Positions 40,842-48,637 of a stretch of DNA of 64,000 bases are shown here, piece by piece. Source of the DNA: a virus. Below the pieces are notes generated by a model that saw nothing but the letters and a program-made list of their open reading frames with translations, had not been told where the DNA came from and searched no databases. The stretch is taken from IMG/VR virus record IMGVR_UViG_3300032144_000004, positions 1-64,000 of that record; one strand, 5' to 3'. A program made the position numbers and the translations under genes. The stretch's first letter is position 1; the number at the start of each line of letters is the position of its first letter.

Positions 40842-41049
40842 GACGTTCCCGTTCGTTGAACACCTGGATGGCGTGGTCGATGGTGAGCTGCACCCACTTC
40901 GTTTTCTTCGGCTTCTTAGGCCGCGCCGTGTGCGGAAGCACCTGCTGCGTGATGCGCCTGGACTTGCGTTTGGCTTCGCGCGCCTGCTTCTCTTCTTTCT
41001 TTTGGAAAGCGAGTGCAGCTTCGATGTGGGTCTTGGGTTTGCGTGGCAT
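40699..41049 (-). CDS. Basic Lys-rich protein (116 aa); its 3' 143 nt overlap the next gene out of frame
   Basis: ORF track. The N-terminal 70 aa look genuine (MPRKPKTHIEAALAFQKKEEKQAREAKRK...). The overlapping tail looks like off-frame sequence, but there is no earlier stop. Confidence 0.5.
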   Translation of the reverse strand: MPRKPKTHIEAALAFQKKEEKQAREAKRKSRRITQQVLPHTARPKKPKKTKWVQLTIDHAIQVFNERERHAELSAYELGAVAQNRGADAGGQAPSSGEACCESAFGREESRQVANG

Positions 41050-41081
41050 AGGGAAACCTGGGGTTTGGGGTTTCGACTACT

Positions 41082-41660
41082 TCATCCGAAGTCGTTGGCA
41101 GCGCGAGCTCGTGGCGCTCTTCCGCCCGCGTGATTGATCACGCGCTTCACGACGCCTTGAGCTTGGATTTCTCGCTGCTCTTGGTCAAGTGAAGCGGGCT
41201 CTCGAATCGACCAAGCGCTGAGATGAAACTTTGCGAAGTGGTTTGCGAAAGCCGATACCACGCGGAAGCAGTGATTTTCTTCCTCGGTGCGGTTAGAGGT
41301 TTCATCGAGCTGGACCGCAATCTCGCGCGCCCAAGCCTCCGCTTTGAGCGTCGTGCGCAGCGCATCGATTCCATGTTGGCGCGCGCTCGAAAGCACGATG
41401 TCCGGGCGCTCTTCGTACGTGTACGTGTGACGGTCTTCTGGACCGCCCACGGTCACGGTGTGACGCTCGGGCATGATGGGGAAGTAAGCTTTGTTCGAGG
41501 CGATGAGGCCCGATACGAGCGAGAGCCACGCGATGCGCGTAACCGTCGTCATGGGTTGAAACGCGGGGCCAAGGATGCCTCGCCGCGTTTGTTTGGGCTC
41601 GCGCTTGAGAAGCTCGACGAAGCGACGAGCCTCTTCGATCACGCGCTCGGTGTCGCTCAT
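41082..41660 (-). CDS. Hypothetical protein (192 aa)
   Basis: ORF track. Confidence 0.65.
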   Translation of the reverse strand: MSDTERVIEEARRFVELLKREPKQTRRGILGPAFQPMTTVTRIAWLSLVSGLIASNKAYFPIMPERHTVTVGGPEDRHTYTYEERPDIVLSSARQHGIDALRTTLKAEAWAREIAVQLDETSNRTEEENHCFRVVSAFANHFAKFHLSAWSIREPASLDQEQREIQAQGVVKRVINHAGGRAPRARAANDFG

Positions 41661-42643
41661 TGAGCCACCGTCTTGCCGTGTCGAGCGTGCAGCTGCTCGA
41701 GCACCTGAAGACCGAACGTGCGCATCTCGGCGAACTCGAGCGTCGGATCCACCAGATCAACCTCGGGCTCGACGGCGCGCTGGGCGGGAGCGGGTTTGAG
41801 AACTGGCTTTGGGTGTGCAAGTGGCTTCGTGTACTTGAATAGGTACGTCGCCAAGTTGGCGAGTTGCTGAGTCGATTTGGTGTCGCGTTTCCAGGCCTCC
41901 AGCAGGCGCCGTATGGCGACGATTTGATCCGGGCGTGAATCGCCGGCTTCCTTGAGTACGGCCCGTTCCACGGCCTCCACGGCCTTCCAGTCTGGCAATC
42001 CGGCGGAGGCCGGGTCTCGGTTGAGCACGATGCGACAGTGCTCATCCCAGATCACGCTCTTGAGCGGTCTGGGCGGGACAACCGGGGTGAAGTCGGGCGG
42101 CGACTCTCCGAGTGGACGGCGCGCAGGGATGAAACGCTCGACGGGTTCTGGGTTTCGTCCCTGGACTTCCGGAGCCTCGCGCGCGTGCGCGCGATCTCTC
42201 TCTCTGATCTCTTCTTTCTCTTCTGGGATCTTAACGGGTACGGGATCGGGAGGCGCGAACTTCGGTTTTTGTTCTTGCGAACGCTTGGCGCTAACTCGTT
42301 GTTTTGCTTCACTTCTGGTCGCCAGAACGTCGACCTTGCAGCGCATCCTTTCTTGCCAGCCAACCGCCAGCCAGCCGCCAGTGGACCGCCAGTCACCCGC
42401 CAGTGGGTCGCCAGCTTCGAGGCGTTTCCACCACCCTTCGCGGACCAGTTCGTCGATGTAACGCTTCCGCGTTCGCATATGCCGGAGGGCGTCCTCTGGC
42501 AGGAAGCCGTCCAAGAGTTGTGACGCGGTGTAGCTGTCGGCGCGGAACCAGAGCGCCTGCGCGCCGTCGCTCAGGCGCGCAAACTCAGGGTCGCACCAAC
42601 GCTGGTCGGAGTGTTTGACCCAGGGCATCACGCACCTCCGCAA
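41657..42643 (-). CDS. Replication organiser/initiator-like protein (start 42643 or 42628) carrying an internal iteron array
   Basis: N-terminal MPWVKHSDQRWCDPEFARLSDGAQALWFRADSYTASQ... resembles the DUF1376/replisome-organiser type N-terminus. Contains the 11-bp-phased repeats at 42354-42414. Functional call is tentative. Confidence 0.4.
   Translation of the reverse strand: MRRCVMPWVKHSDQRWCDPEFARLSDGAQALWFRADSYTASQLLDGFLPEDALRHMRTRKRYIDELVREGWWKRLEAGDPLAGDWRSTGGWLAVGWQERMRCKVDVLATRSEAKQRVSAKRSQEQKPKFAPPDPVPVKIPEEKEEIRERDRAHAREAPEVQGRNPEPVERFIPARRPLGESPPDFTPVVPPRPLKSVIWDEHCRIVLNRDPASAGLPDWKAVEAVERAVLKEAGDSRPDQIVAIRRLLEAWKRDTKSTQQLANLATYLFKYTKPLAHPKPVLKPAPAQRAVEPEVDLVDPTLEFAEMRTFGLQVLEQLHARHGKTVAQ
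42354..42414. repeat. Six direct YGCCAG repeats with exact 11-bp phasing (iteron-like; candidate replication origin)
   Basis: TGCCAG at 42354 and CGCCAG at 42365, 42376, 42387, 42398 and 42409 on the plus strand. An 11-bp period is not a codon multiple. A 30-nt polypyrimidine tract lies at 42195-42224. Confidence 0.6.
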
Positions 42644-42810
42644 AAGGCACTTGCCATCACGGGAAACAGGTGCAATGGTCGGATGTAGGTTACGACAGCA
42701 CGTTTGGTTTCATTCTTGTGACGGGACGGGACCCCCGAAGCGACGACTGGAACGACATTGGATCGAGAACCTGATAAGCTTCCCATGTTTGGTGCATGGG
42801 TTGCGTGTTC

Positions 42811-42848
42811 AGGCCCGCCCGGTTGGCCCCGGGTGGGCCGTTTGTTTT
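42811..42848 (+). terminator. Intrinsic-terminator-like hairpin with no plus-strand gene upstream
   Basis: GGCCCGCCCGG TTGGCC CCGGGTGGGCC (11 bp including one G-U pair) followed by GTTTGTTTTG. Confidence 0.5.
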
Positions 42849-43103
42849 GCGCGCGCATATGTTCCTCCGAATGGCATTGGTGGATGAGCGTGTCGTGAAA
42901 ATGATGCCGCCGCCGTCAGCTGCACCGTGCAGTAAGGGGTTACTGCGCAACTGGCGGCGGCGCCATCGAGATGAGCGTCTCTCGCGCGAGACTGGGGACT
43001 TGCTCGCAGGGCTGAGTGCACTCACCGCTATGCGCAGGCTTCATTCTGCGCGCAGCGTTCAGTGACCTAGCCAGGCGGCGTGTCATTCAAGGTTTCGAAG
43101 CTC

Positions 43104-43469
43104 CTAGAACCGGTCCCACAGGTCGCGAGGGATCGAGCATACATCCTCGAGCTTCGCCCGCAGCTCAGAATTCGGCAGCAACGTCCCATCTAGCAAGCGA
43201 GACACACTTGCTTGGGACACCCCTAGCTTTGCCGCCAGCTGTCTCTGTGTCGTAAATGTTAGGCGGATGTAGGCCATGATCGCCACGGCCGGGCCCAGCC
43301 TCGCAGCTGCCCGACGTAGCCCGCCTACCCCGTCCCGCATCGCCATCTCGACCTCGGCCGCATGCCGAGACTCGACCGGCGACCGCGCTGTTCGTTTGCC
43401 AACCACCATGGCCCGATCTGTATCCGTGGATGCTTTTGATCGCAAGAGGTTTTTCAAGATTTCCTCCAT
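43104..43469 (-). CDS. CI/Cro-type HTH repressor-like protein (121 aa)
   Basis: TQRQLAAKLGVSQASVSRLLDGT. Divergent from the recombination and replication operon. Confidence 0.65.
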   Translation of the reverse strand: MEEILKNLLRSKASTDTDRAMVVGKRTARSPVESRHAAEVEMAMRDGVGGLRRAAARLGPAVAIMAYIRLTFTTQRQLAAKLGVSQASVSRLLDGTLLPNSELRAKLEDVCSIPRDLWDRF

Positions 43470-43501
43470 TGACCAGAGCAGGTCATGCGCGGCTGGGGTT
43501 T

Positions 43502-43564
43502 GGATTAAGTTGGCAAAGTTAATCCAGCTCGCTTGACAAACTTGGCAGCACGCTCCAAGTTGCC
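43502..43564. promoter_or_regulatory. Switch region: inverted repeat, three AA(G/C)TTGSC repeats and a TTGACA hexamer
   Basis: GGATTAA (43502-08) / TTAATCC (43519-25). AAGTTGGCA at 43507-15, AACTTGGCA at 43539-47, AAGTTGCC at 43557-64. TTGACA at 43533-38. Confidence 0.45.
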
Positions 43565-43568
43565 GCTC

Positions 43569-44039
43569 ATGAACGCGAGCGACATCGACCCCAAGCGCGA
43601 TTGGTTGGCCACGAAAGCGGCTGTAAGCGCTTTGCTGCTCAGAGAGTCATACAGAGTTGGCCGTGCTGCCAACTCTGGCCAAACGATGCGCGACTTTATC
43701 GCCAAGCACGGTGGAGATTGGCCCGTGTTCTCCGATGCTGCGATGCGCGCGTCGACCGATATCACCAAAGTTGCGGTCGAGTTTGCGGATAAGCTCTGGG
43801 AACTTGGCGAGCTTGCGGACTCGCTGACCCAGATGCTCCACGCGTACGACTGCAACTTCTACGTGGAGCCCAAGCCTAACCAGGAGAACCTGAAGCATGT
43901 ACGACCAGTGGAAAACGCAGAGCGACCACGACGCGGACCCGAGGCGGGCAAACGCTCCCCTGTTGGAGAGTCCGGAGGTTCACGAGGCCGAGCGCGACGC
44001 CCGCGGGGAGCTCGAGCAGAACCTGGAGAGCCTGCTTGA
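43569..44039 (+). CDS. Hypothetical protein (156 aa); its 3' 143 nt overlap the next gene
   Basis: ORF 43533..44039 trimmed to ATG 43569. The listed TTG start lies inside the TTGACA hexamer. Confidence 0.5.
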   Translation: MNASDIDPKRDWLATKAAVSALLLRESYRVGRAANSGQTMRDFIAKHGGDWPVFSDAAMRASTDITKVAVEFADKLWELGELADSLTQMLHAYDCNFYVEPKPNQENLKHVRPVENAERPRRGPEAGKRSPVGESGGSRGRARRPRGARAEPGEPA

Positions 44040-44325
44040 AGCAGCCGAGGCGGGCGAGCTAGCGCCACAGGAAGACGTGAACATGGATGTAGACGCATGG
44101 CTTGAGACGGCGACCGACGACGAGCTTGATCGCGTGCGCGGTCTCATCGATGTGTTGCTCGTCAAGCGCCAAGACGAAGCGCTCGCGCGCGCGCAGACCC
44201 TCATCGAGAGAAACCGTCGGCTTGGCATTACGGCAGAGCCGCTTGTCGATTCGCGTGGCCGCCCGCTCAAGCGCGGCCCGATCAAGAAACGCAAAAAGCC
44301 TGAACCCAAGGAGCCGCAATCATGA
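43897..44325 (+). CDS. Acidic hypothetical protein (142 aa) with basic tail
   Basis: ORF track. Confidence 0.6.
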   Translation: MYDQWKTQSDHDADPRRANAPLLESPEVHEAERDARGELEQNLESLLEAAEAGELAPQEDVNMDVDAWLETATDDELDRVRGLIDVLLVKRQDEALARAQTLIERNRRLGITAEPLVDSRGRPLKRGPIKKRKKPEPKEPQS

Positions 44326-45689
44326 GCACGCACGTTTTGTCAGACGCCGAAGTGAACGCGCTTCGTAACCTCGTGCCGATTGGGCCGGGCACGGCGAATC
44401 TCGCGACAGTCGTCCAGGCTGGCGTCGCGCTGACGCAGCCCATGCCGTTCGAGGCTTGGACGCAGGAGCGGCTCGACCTGCTCAAGAAGACCTACTGCCA
44501 AGGTGCTACCGACGCCGAATTCGAGCTCTTTGTTGGCAACTGCAAGCGTCTTCGCTTGTCGCCTGAAGCGCGCCAGATATGGAGTGTTCCCCGCAGGCAG
44601 AAGGATCCGAACACAGATGAGTACGTTACGGTCCGTCAGACGATGGTGTCGATCGACGGGCTGAGACTCATCGCGGAGCGCACGGGGCGCTACGAGGGTC
44701 AGACACGCACGGAGTGGTGCGGCAAAGACGGCGTGTGGAAAGAGGTGTGGCTCGAAGCGGGCCCGCCCGCGGCCGCGCGCGTCGGTGTATTCAAGACCGG
44801 GTTCCGCGAGCCGCTCTATCGTGTGGCGAGATACGCTGCGTTTTGTGACGAGCGCTCGCCCATGTGGCGCAAGATGGGCGATCACATGTGCGCGAAGGTT
44901 GCTGAAGCGCTCGCTATCCGTGCAGCGTTTCCGCAAGAAACGTCTGGCGCTTACACCGACGACGAGATGGGTCAGGCCGGCGACAGCGCACCGGAAGCGC
45001 GGGCCGAGGTGGTCGAGTCGAAGCCGGTGCCGACGCTCAAAGACGCGCTGAACGATCGCAAAGCCGAGATTGACGCGCGCAAAGCCGCGTCCGAGCGGCC
45101 CGACACGCGGCCCGCGCACAAAATCGGCGTGAACGACGGAACGCAGGCGCCGGACCCCGAGACTGGCATGCGGTTGCCGCGTCTCATCGGCAAAGCCTAC
45201 AAAGACAAGGTCGTAACGATCGACACGCTGAAGACCAAGGACGAGGTCGTCAACTACATCCGATCGATGATGCATGCCAAGGAGGCCGATGCTGAAAAGG
45301 ACGGCAAGTGGCAGGCTTACTGGGAAGATAGGCTCAGCGAAGCGAAGCTCTGGGCGGCACGCGCGCGGCAAATCTACGAGCAGGACTACTCGCGGAGCAA
45401 GGCTGAGCGTGCGGCGCAGCTGGCAGCGGCAGTCAAGGGCGATGAGCACGAGTACAGCGACGAGATGTACCTGTGCGAGAACCACGGGATGTACGGCGAA
45501 GGCACGGGACTCGACGTGGATATCCGCACCTGGAACAGCGTCGACAAGCTCGAAGAGTACATGGTGTGGTTGCGCAAGACGTACAACCAACCCACGCAAA
45601 CCGGACGCATCGCATGCGTGGAGCGGTGCTGGAAGAAGCTGATTGAAGCTGAACAAGAGCGCGCCGAACAGGCGACGGCTGGCAAATGA
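44322..45689 (+). CDS. recT: RecT/Bet-family single-strand annealing recombinase with a long C-terminal extension
   Basis: ...GATDAEFELFVGNCKRLRLSPEARQIW ... SIDGLRLIAERTGRYEGQ ... MWRKMGDHMCAKVAEALAIRAAFPQETSGAYTDDEM fits the phage RecT pattern. Confidence 0.8.
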   Translation: MSTHVLSDAEVNALRNLVPIGPGTANLATVVQAGVALTQPMPFEAWTQERLDLLKKTYCQGATDAEFELFVGNCKRLRLSPEARQIWSVPRRQKDPNTDEYVTVRQTMVSIDGLRLIAERTGRYEGQTRTEWCGKDGVWKEVWLEAGPPAAARVGVFKTGFREPLYRVARYAAFCDERSPMWRKMGDHMCAKVAEALAIRAAFPQETSGAYTDDEMGQAGDSAPEARAEVVESKPVPTLKDALNDRKAEIDARKAASERPDTRPAHKIGVNDGTQAPDPETGMRLPRLIGKAYKDKVVTIDTLKTKDEVVNYIRSMMHAKEADAEKDGKWQAYWEDRLSEAKLWAARARQIYEQDYSRSKAERAAQLAAAVKGDEHEYSDEMYLCENHGMYGEGTGLDVDIRTWNSVDKLEEYMVWLRKTYNQPTQTGRIACVERCWKKLIEAEQERAEQATAGK

Positions 45690-45883
45690 GTAGACCGAAT
45701 AGACAGACGGGCGCGCGGCTTGACGACGAGTTGCTTGAACGCGTCGAGCGTTTTGCCAAGCACCGAGAGTCCGAGCTGCCGGGCATGAAGATCACGCGCT
45801 CCGACGCCATCCGCTTGCTACTGGAAAAGGCTCTTACAGACTTCGGATACGCAAAAACCATCAAGAAACACGGGACACGCTGA
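45686..45883 (+). CDS. Ribbon-helix-helix (CopG/Arc-like) protein (65 aa)
   Basis: ...GARLDDELLERVERFAK ... ITRSDAIRLLLEKAL. Confidence 0.5.
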   Translation: MSRPNRQTGARLDDELLERVERFAKHRESELPGMKITRSDAIRLLLEKALTDFGYAKTIKKHGTR

Positions 45884-45884
45884 C

Positions 45885-46589
45885 ATGACAAACGAGATGC
45901 AATGGAGCACCGACCCCGAGCTCAACACTGCGTTGACGCTGGATGCGCAGAAGCTCGCTGCTATGGGCGTCGAAGGTTACGAAGACTTCGCGGCTCCAGA
46001 ACCTCCGCCCAAACCGCTCACGCTCGCGGAAATCACGGCGAAGTATGTCGAAGAGGAAGAGGCGAGCTGTGGCGAAGTCACACAAGCGCTCGATGCGCTC
46101 TCGGAGGCGTTCGACCAGAAGGCGCTCAACTACCTCCGTTTCGATGAGGCGCAGGGCAGCAAGGAGGCCGGGCTGCGCGCGCAGTACGACTACTACATGG
46201 AGCTTGCCGAGCCGTTCAAAAAGCGCGCGGACACCATCGCCAAGCGCCGCAAAGACTTGCGCGCGCACTTGCTTGAAGCCATGAAGATAACGGGCAAGAC
46301 CTCGATCGAGACGGTCGCTCGCCGCATCTACATCAAGTATTCAGACAGTGTGAAGGTGGTGGACACCTTCGTCGACACGGCGGCCGAAGAGTTTGTCCAA
46401 ACCACCAAAGCGCCTAAACTCGCGGTGCTCGCCGCGCTCTTCCGCGACAAGGTCAAAGAACACCTCCCTCGCCTGCCAAAAGGCCAGAAGGAGCACAGTG
46501 AAGAGGCTAAACGCGCTGCGCGTGAGGCGGCTATGAAAGAGCTCCCCGAAGGCGTGCGCATCGAGACCAGCGAAAACCTGCAACTGTGA
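45885..46589 (+). CDS. Gp157-like protein (family commonly found next to phage recombinases)
   Basis: 234 aa. Coiled-coil N-terminal half, then LLEAMKITGKTSIETVARRIYIKYSDSVKVVD... resembling the siphovirus Gp157 family. Confidence 0.4.
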   Translation: MTNEMQWSTDPELNTALTLDAQKLAAMGVEGYEDFAAPEPPPKPLTLAEITAKYVEEEEASCGEVTQALDALSEAFDQKALNYLRFDEAQGSKEAGLRAQYDYYMELAEPFKKRADTIAKRRKDLRAHLLEAMKITGKTSIETVARRIYIKYSDSVKVVDTFVDTAAEEFVQTTKAPKLAVLAALFRDKVKEHLPRLPKGQKEHSEEAKRAAREAAMKELPEGVRIETSENLQL

Positions 46590-46807
46590 TCTGCGCGAGT
46601 TGTCCAGGCGTAGCGCATGAAGCTACGGGCTGCGCCTGGTCTGAACGAACTTTGATATGCCATGCCTGCGCGGTACGATTTTGGACGTGGATGCAGAACC
46701 ACACGCGCACGCGGACTCGTAAGACTCGCTCGGGGAAGACCAAGCCTGATTTTTATACCGCAGCCCTACACCATCCTGAAGCGACCGGATCGCCGGAGAC
46801 ACAATAA
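46586..46807 (+). CDS. Cys-rich hypothetical protein (73 aa)
   Basis: ORF track. Confidence 0.45.
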   Translation: MICASCPGVAHEATGCAWSERTLICHACAVRFWTWMQNHTRTRTRKTRSGKTKPDFYTAALHHPEATGSPETQ

Positions 46808-46811
46808 CCCC

Positions 46812-47633
46812 ATGGATGATCTAAACAATCTCAAGCTGCTCAACGCCAAGCTCGCAAAGGAAGTTGCGGATCACAAAAACGCCAAGGAAGAGTTTCGGGA
46901 AACGCTGGCGAAGATCAACCGCATGTTGGGCGGCGCCGGATGGACACATCCCGGGGACGTGCTGAACGCGCTGCACAGCTACCTCAACGCAAACTCGAGC
47001 AACGCCAAGGTGGAGCTGGAGCAGCAGCTTCTGCAGAGCGAGGCCGTGGTCACGGGGCTTCGGCAACAGCTTGATCTGGAGCGCACGAAGGCCGAGGGGC
47101 TGCAAGCCACCGTCAAAGATCTGCGCCGCGATCTTGTGCAGCGCGAACAAGACAAGCGGTTGCTGTTCGAGGAGAACAAGCGTTTGTCCAAGCAGCTCGA
47201 AGATCTGCGCAAGCAACCCGTGCCCGTGCAAAATGTCGCGGCGCCGTTGAAGCCCGCGGCCTCAGAACAGGGCGCCATCAAAACGCTCGAACATCTGCTC
47301 AACATGGAGCGCGAGGATCACGCGCAGCAGATGGGCGCCTTTCAGGCTGCGCTCGCCGATGCGTTCGACGAGCTCGAAGCCATCAAGCTTCCCACTGACA
47401 ACAAGTCACGCGCGACCAAGCACTACCAGAACGGCATCCGCGTAGGCGGCAAGCTCGTGCTCGCGCACCTGCAACACGTATTCGTCATCTTGAACAAGGA
47501 ACAAGACAATGGCAGAGGGTCTGAACGAAGTCCGTCTACTCGGGAACCTGGGCCAGGATCCCGAACTGCGCTTCACACAGAGCAACAAGGGCGTGCTGTC
47601 GCTGCGAATGGCCACAACCACGAGCTGGTTTGA
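46812..47633 (+). CDS. Coiled-coil protein (273 aa); its 3' 125 nt overlap ssb
   Basis: ORF 46662..47633 trimmed to ATG 46812. Heptad-rich sequence. Confidence 0.6.
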   Translation: MDDLNNLKLLNAKLAKEVADHKNAKEEFRETLAKINRMLGGAGWTHPGDVLNALHSYLNANSSNAKVELEQQLLQSEAVVTGLRQQLDLERTKAEGLQATVKDLRRDLVQREQDKRLLFEENKRLSKQLEDLRKQPVPVQNVAAPLKPAASEQGAIKTLEHLLNMEREDHAQQMGAFQAALADAFDELEAIKLPTDNKSRATKHYQNGIRVGGKLVLAHLQHVFVILNKEQDNGRGSERSPSTREPGPGSRTALHTEQQGRAVAANGHNHELV

Positions 47634-47952
47634 TAAAGACACCAAGCAGCGCAAAGAAGAGACTGAGTGGCATTCGGTCGTCGTGTGGGGACCGCGCGGC
47701 GAAGCGCTCAACAAGATTCTGTCCAAAGGTTCGCGCATTCTTGTGCTGGGCAAGCTCAAGACGCGTAGCCGGGAAGATGCTAAGGGCGGCGGAAAGCGCT
47801 ACGCAACCGAGATCGTGGCCGACAACGTCATCCTGTGCGGCGGTCGCGGCGAAGGTCAGAGCCAGGGTGCAGCCGGTGGCGGCGACAGCTTCGAACAGGT
47901 TGGCGGCTTCAGTGCTGAGGGATCCCCAGGCGACGACGACATTCCCTTCTAG
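47509..47952 (+). CDS. ssb: Single-stranded DNA-binding protein
   Basis: OB-fold start MAEGLNEVRLLGNLGQDPELRF..., a Gly-rich linker and the C-terminal acidic tip DDDIPF. Confidence 0.9.
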   Translation: MAEGLNEVRLLGNLGQDPELRFTQSNKGVLSLRMATTTSWFDKDTKQRKEETEWHSVVVWGPRGEALNKILSKGSRILVLGKLKTRSREDAKGGGKRYATEIVADNVILCGGRGEGQSQGAAGGGDSFEQVGGFSAEGSPGDDDIPF

Positions 47953-47955
47953 ACC

Positions 47956-48387
47956 ATGGAACAAAAGCGCCTAGAAAAGCAGTGTTTTGTGTGTCGTAGA
48001 ACGCTTCCGGTTCTGGAGGCGTTCTACGCGGCTCCGCGCATGGTGGATGGGCATTCCGGGAAGTGCAAGTCGTGCACGAAGGCTGAGGCGCGACTCAATT
48101 ACCGGCGCAATCGTGATCGGTACGTGACCTACGAGGTCGAACGTAACAAGTTGCCTGACCGGAAAGCCAAGCGACAGCGCGCCCAGCAAGCGATGCGCGC
48201 GCGTTCGCCTGAAAAGTACAAAGCGCGAACAGCGGTAGGCAACGCGATTCGCGATGGTAAACTGAAGCGCCAGCCGTGCCGCGCCTGTGGTAAGCCCGGC
48301 CAGGCGCATCACCACGACTACTCAAAACCGCTTGATGTTGACTGGCTTTGCCGACTTCACCACGACATGACTCACGATACGTTTTGA
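47956..48387 (+). CDS. HNH-like nuclease, paralog A (143 aa)
   Basis: C-terminal CRACGKPGQAHHHDYSKPLDVDWLCRLHHDMTH is shared with ORF 51187..51741. N-terminal Cys pairs are present. Confidence 0.5.
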   Translation: MEQKRLEKQCFVCRRTLPVLEAFYAAPRMVDGHSGKCKSCTKAEARLNYRRNRDRYVTYEVERNKLPDRKAKRQRAQQAMRARSPEKYKARTAVGNAIRDGKLKRQPCRACGKPGQAHHHDYSKPLDVDWLCRLHHDMTHDTF

Positions 48388-48396
48388 GTAGTTACT

Positions 48397-48468
48397 TCCG
48401 GTGTAGCTCAATGGTAGAGCGCGTGGCTTTGGACCACGATGTTGCGGGTTCGAACCCTGCCACCGGGA
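48397..48468 (+). tRNA. tRNA-Gln (anticodon UUG)
   Basis: Manual fold: TCCGGTG TA GCTC AATGGTA GAGC G CGTGG CTTTGGA CCACG ATGTT GCGGG TTCGAAC CCTGC CACCGGG A. Position 1:72 is a U:G pair. Confidence 0.85.
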
Positions 48469-48564
48469 CCGGCCACCAAGCATCCAGACGCTAATACAAC
48501 CGAGTGATGAAATCGGAGCGGTCCATAACCGCACAGGCGCTGGGCTGGTTGGTGGCTTATCGGT

Positions 48565-48592
48565 TTGACAAACCACTTTCGACCCTTAGAGT
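48565..48592 (+). promoter_or_regulatory. Strong sigma70-like promoter TTGACA-N16-TAGAGT
   Basis: TTGACA at 48565-70 and TAGAGT at 48587-92, about 45 nt upstream of ATG 48638. Confidence 0.55.
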
Positions 48593-48637
48593 AGGCACGT
48601 TTTACAACACGTAACCATTCACCGGGATACAAGACAC

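Noticed and set aside
42615-42887. 90-aa plus-strand ORF in the large gap upstream of the repressor gene
   Set aside because: It has Arg/Cys/His/Trp-rich composition, no ribosome-binding context and no coupling to neighbours. The region is better explained as non-coding and regulatory.
44340-45656. 438-aa minus-strand ORF opposite recT
   Set aside because: Antisense shadow ORF in GC-rich DNA with Arg/Leu-dominated composition. The plus-strand RecT product has family-typical motifs and coupled junctions with its neighbours.
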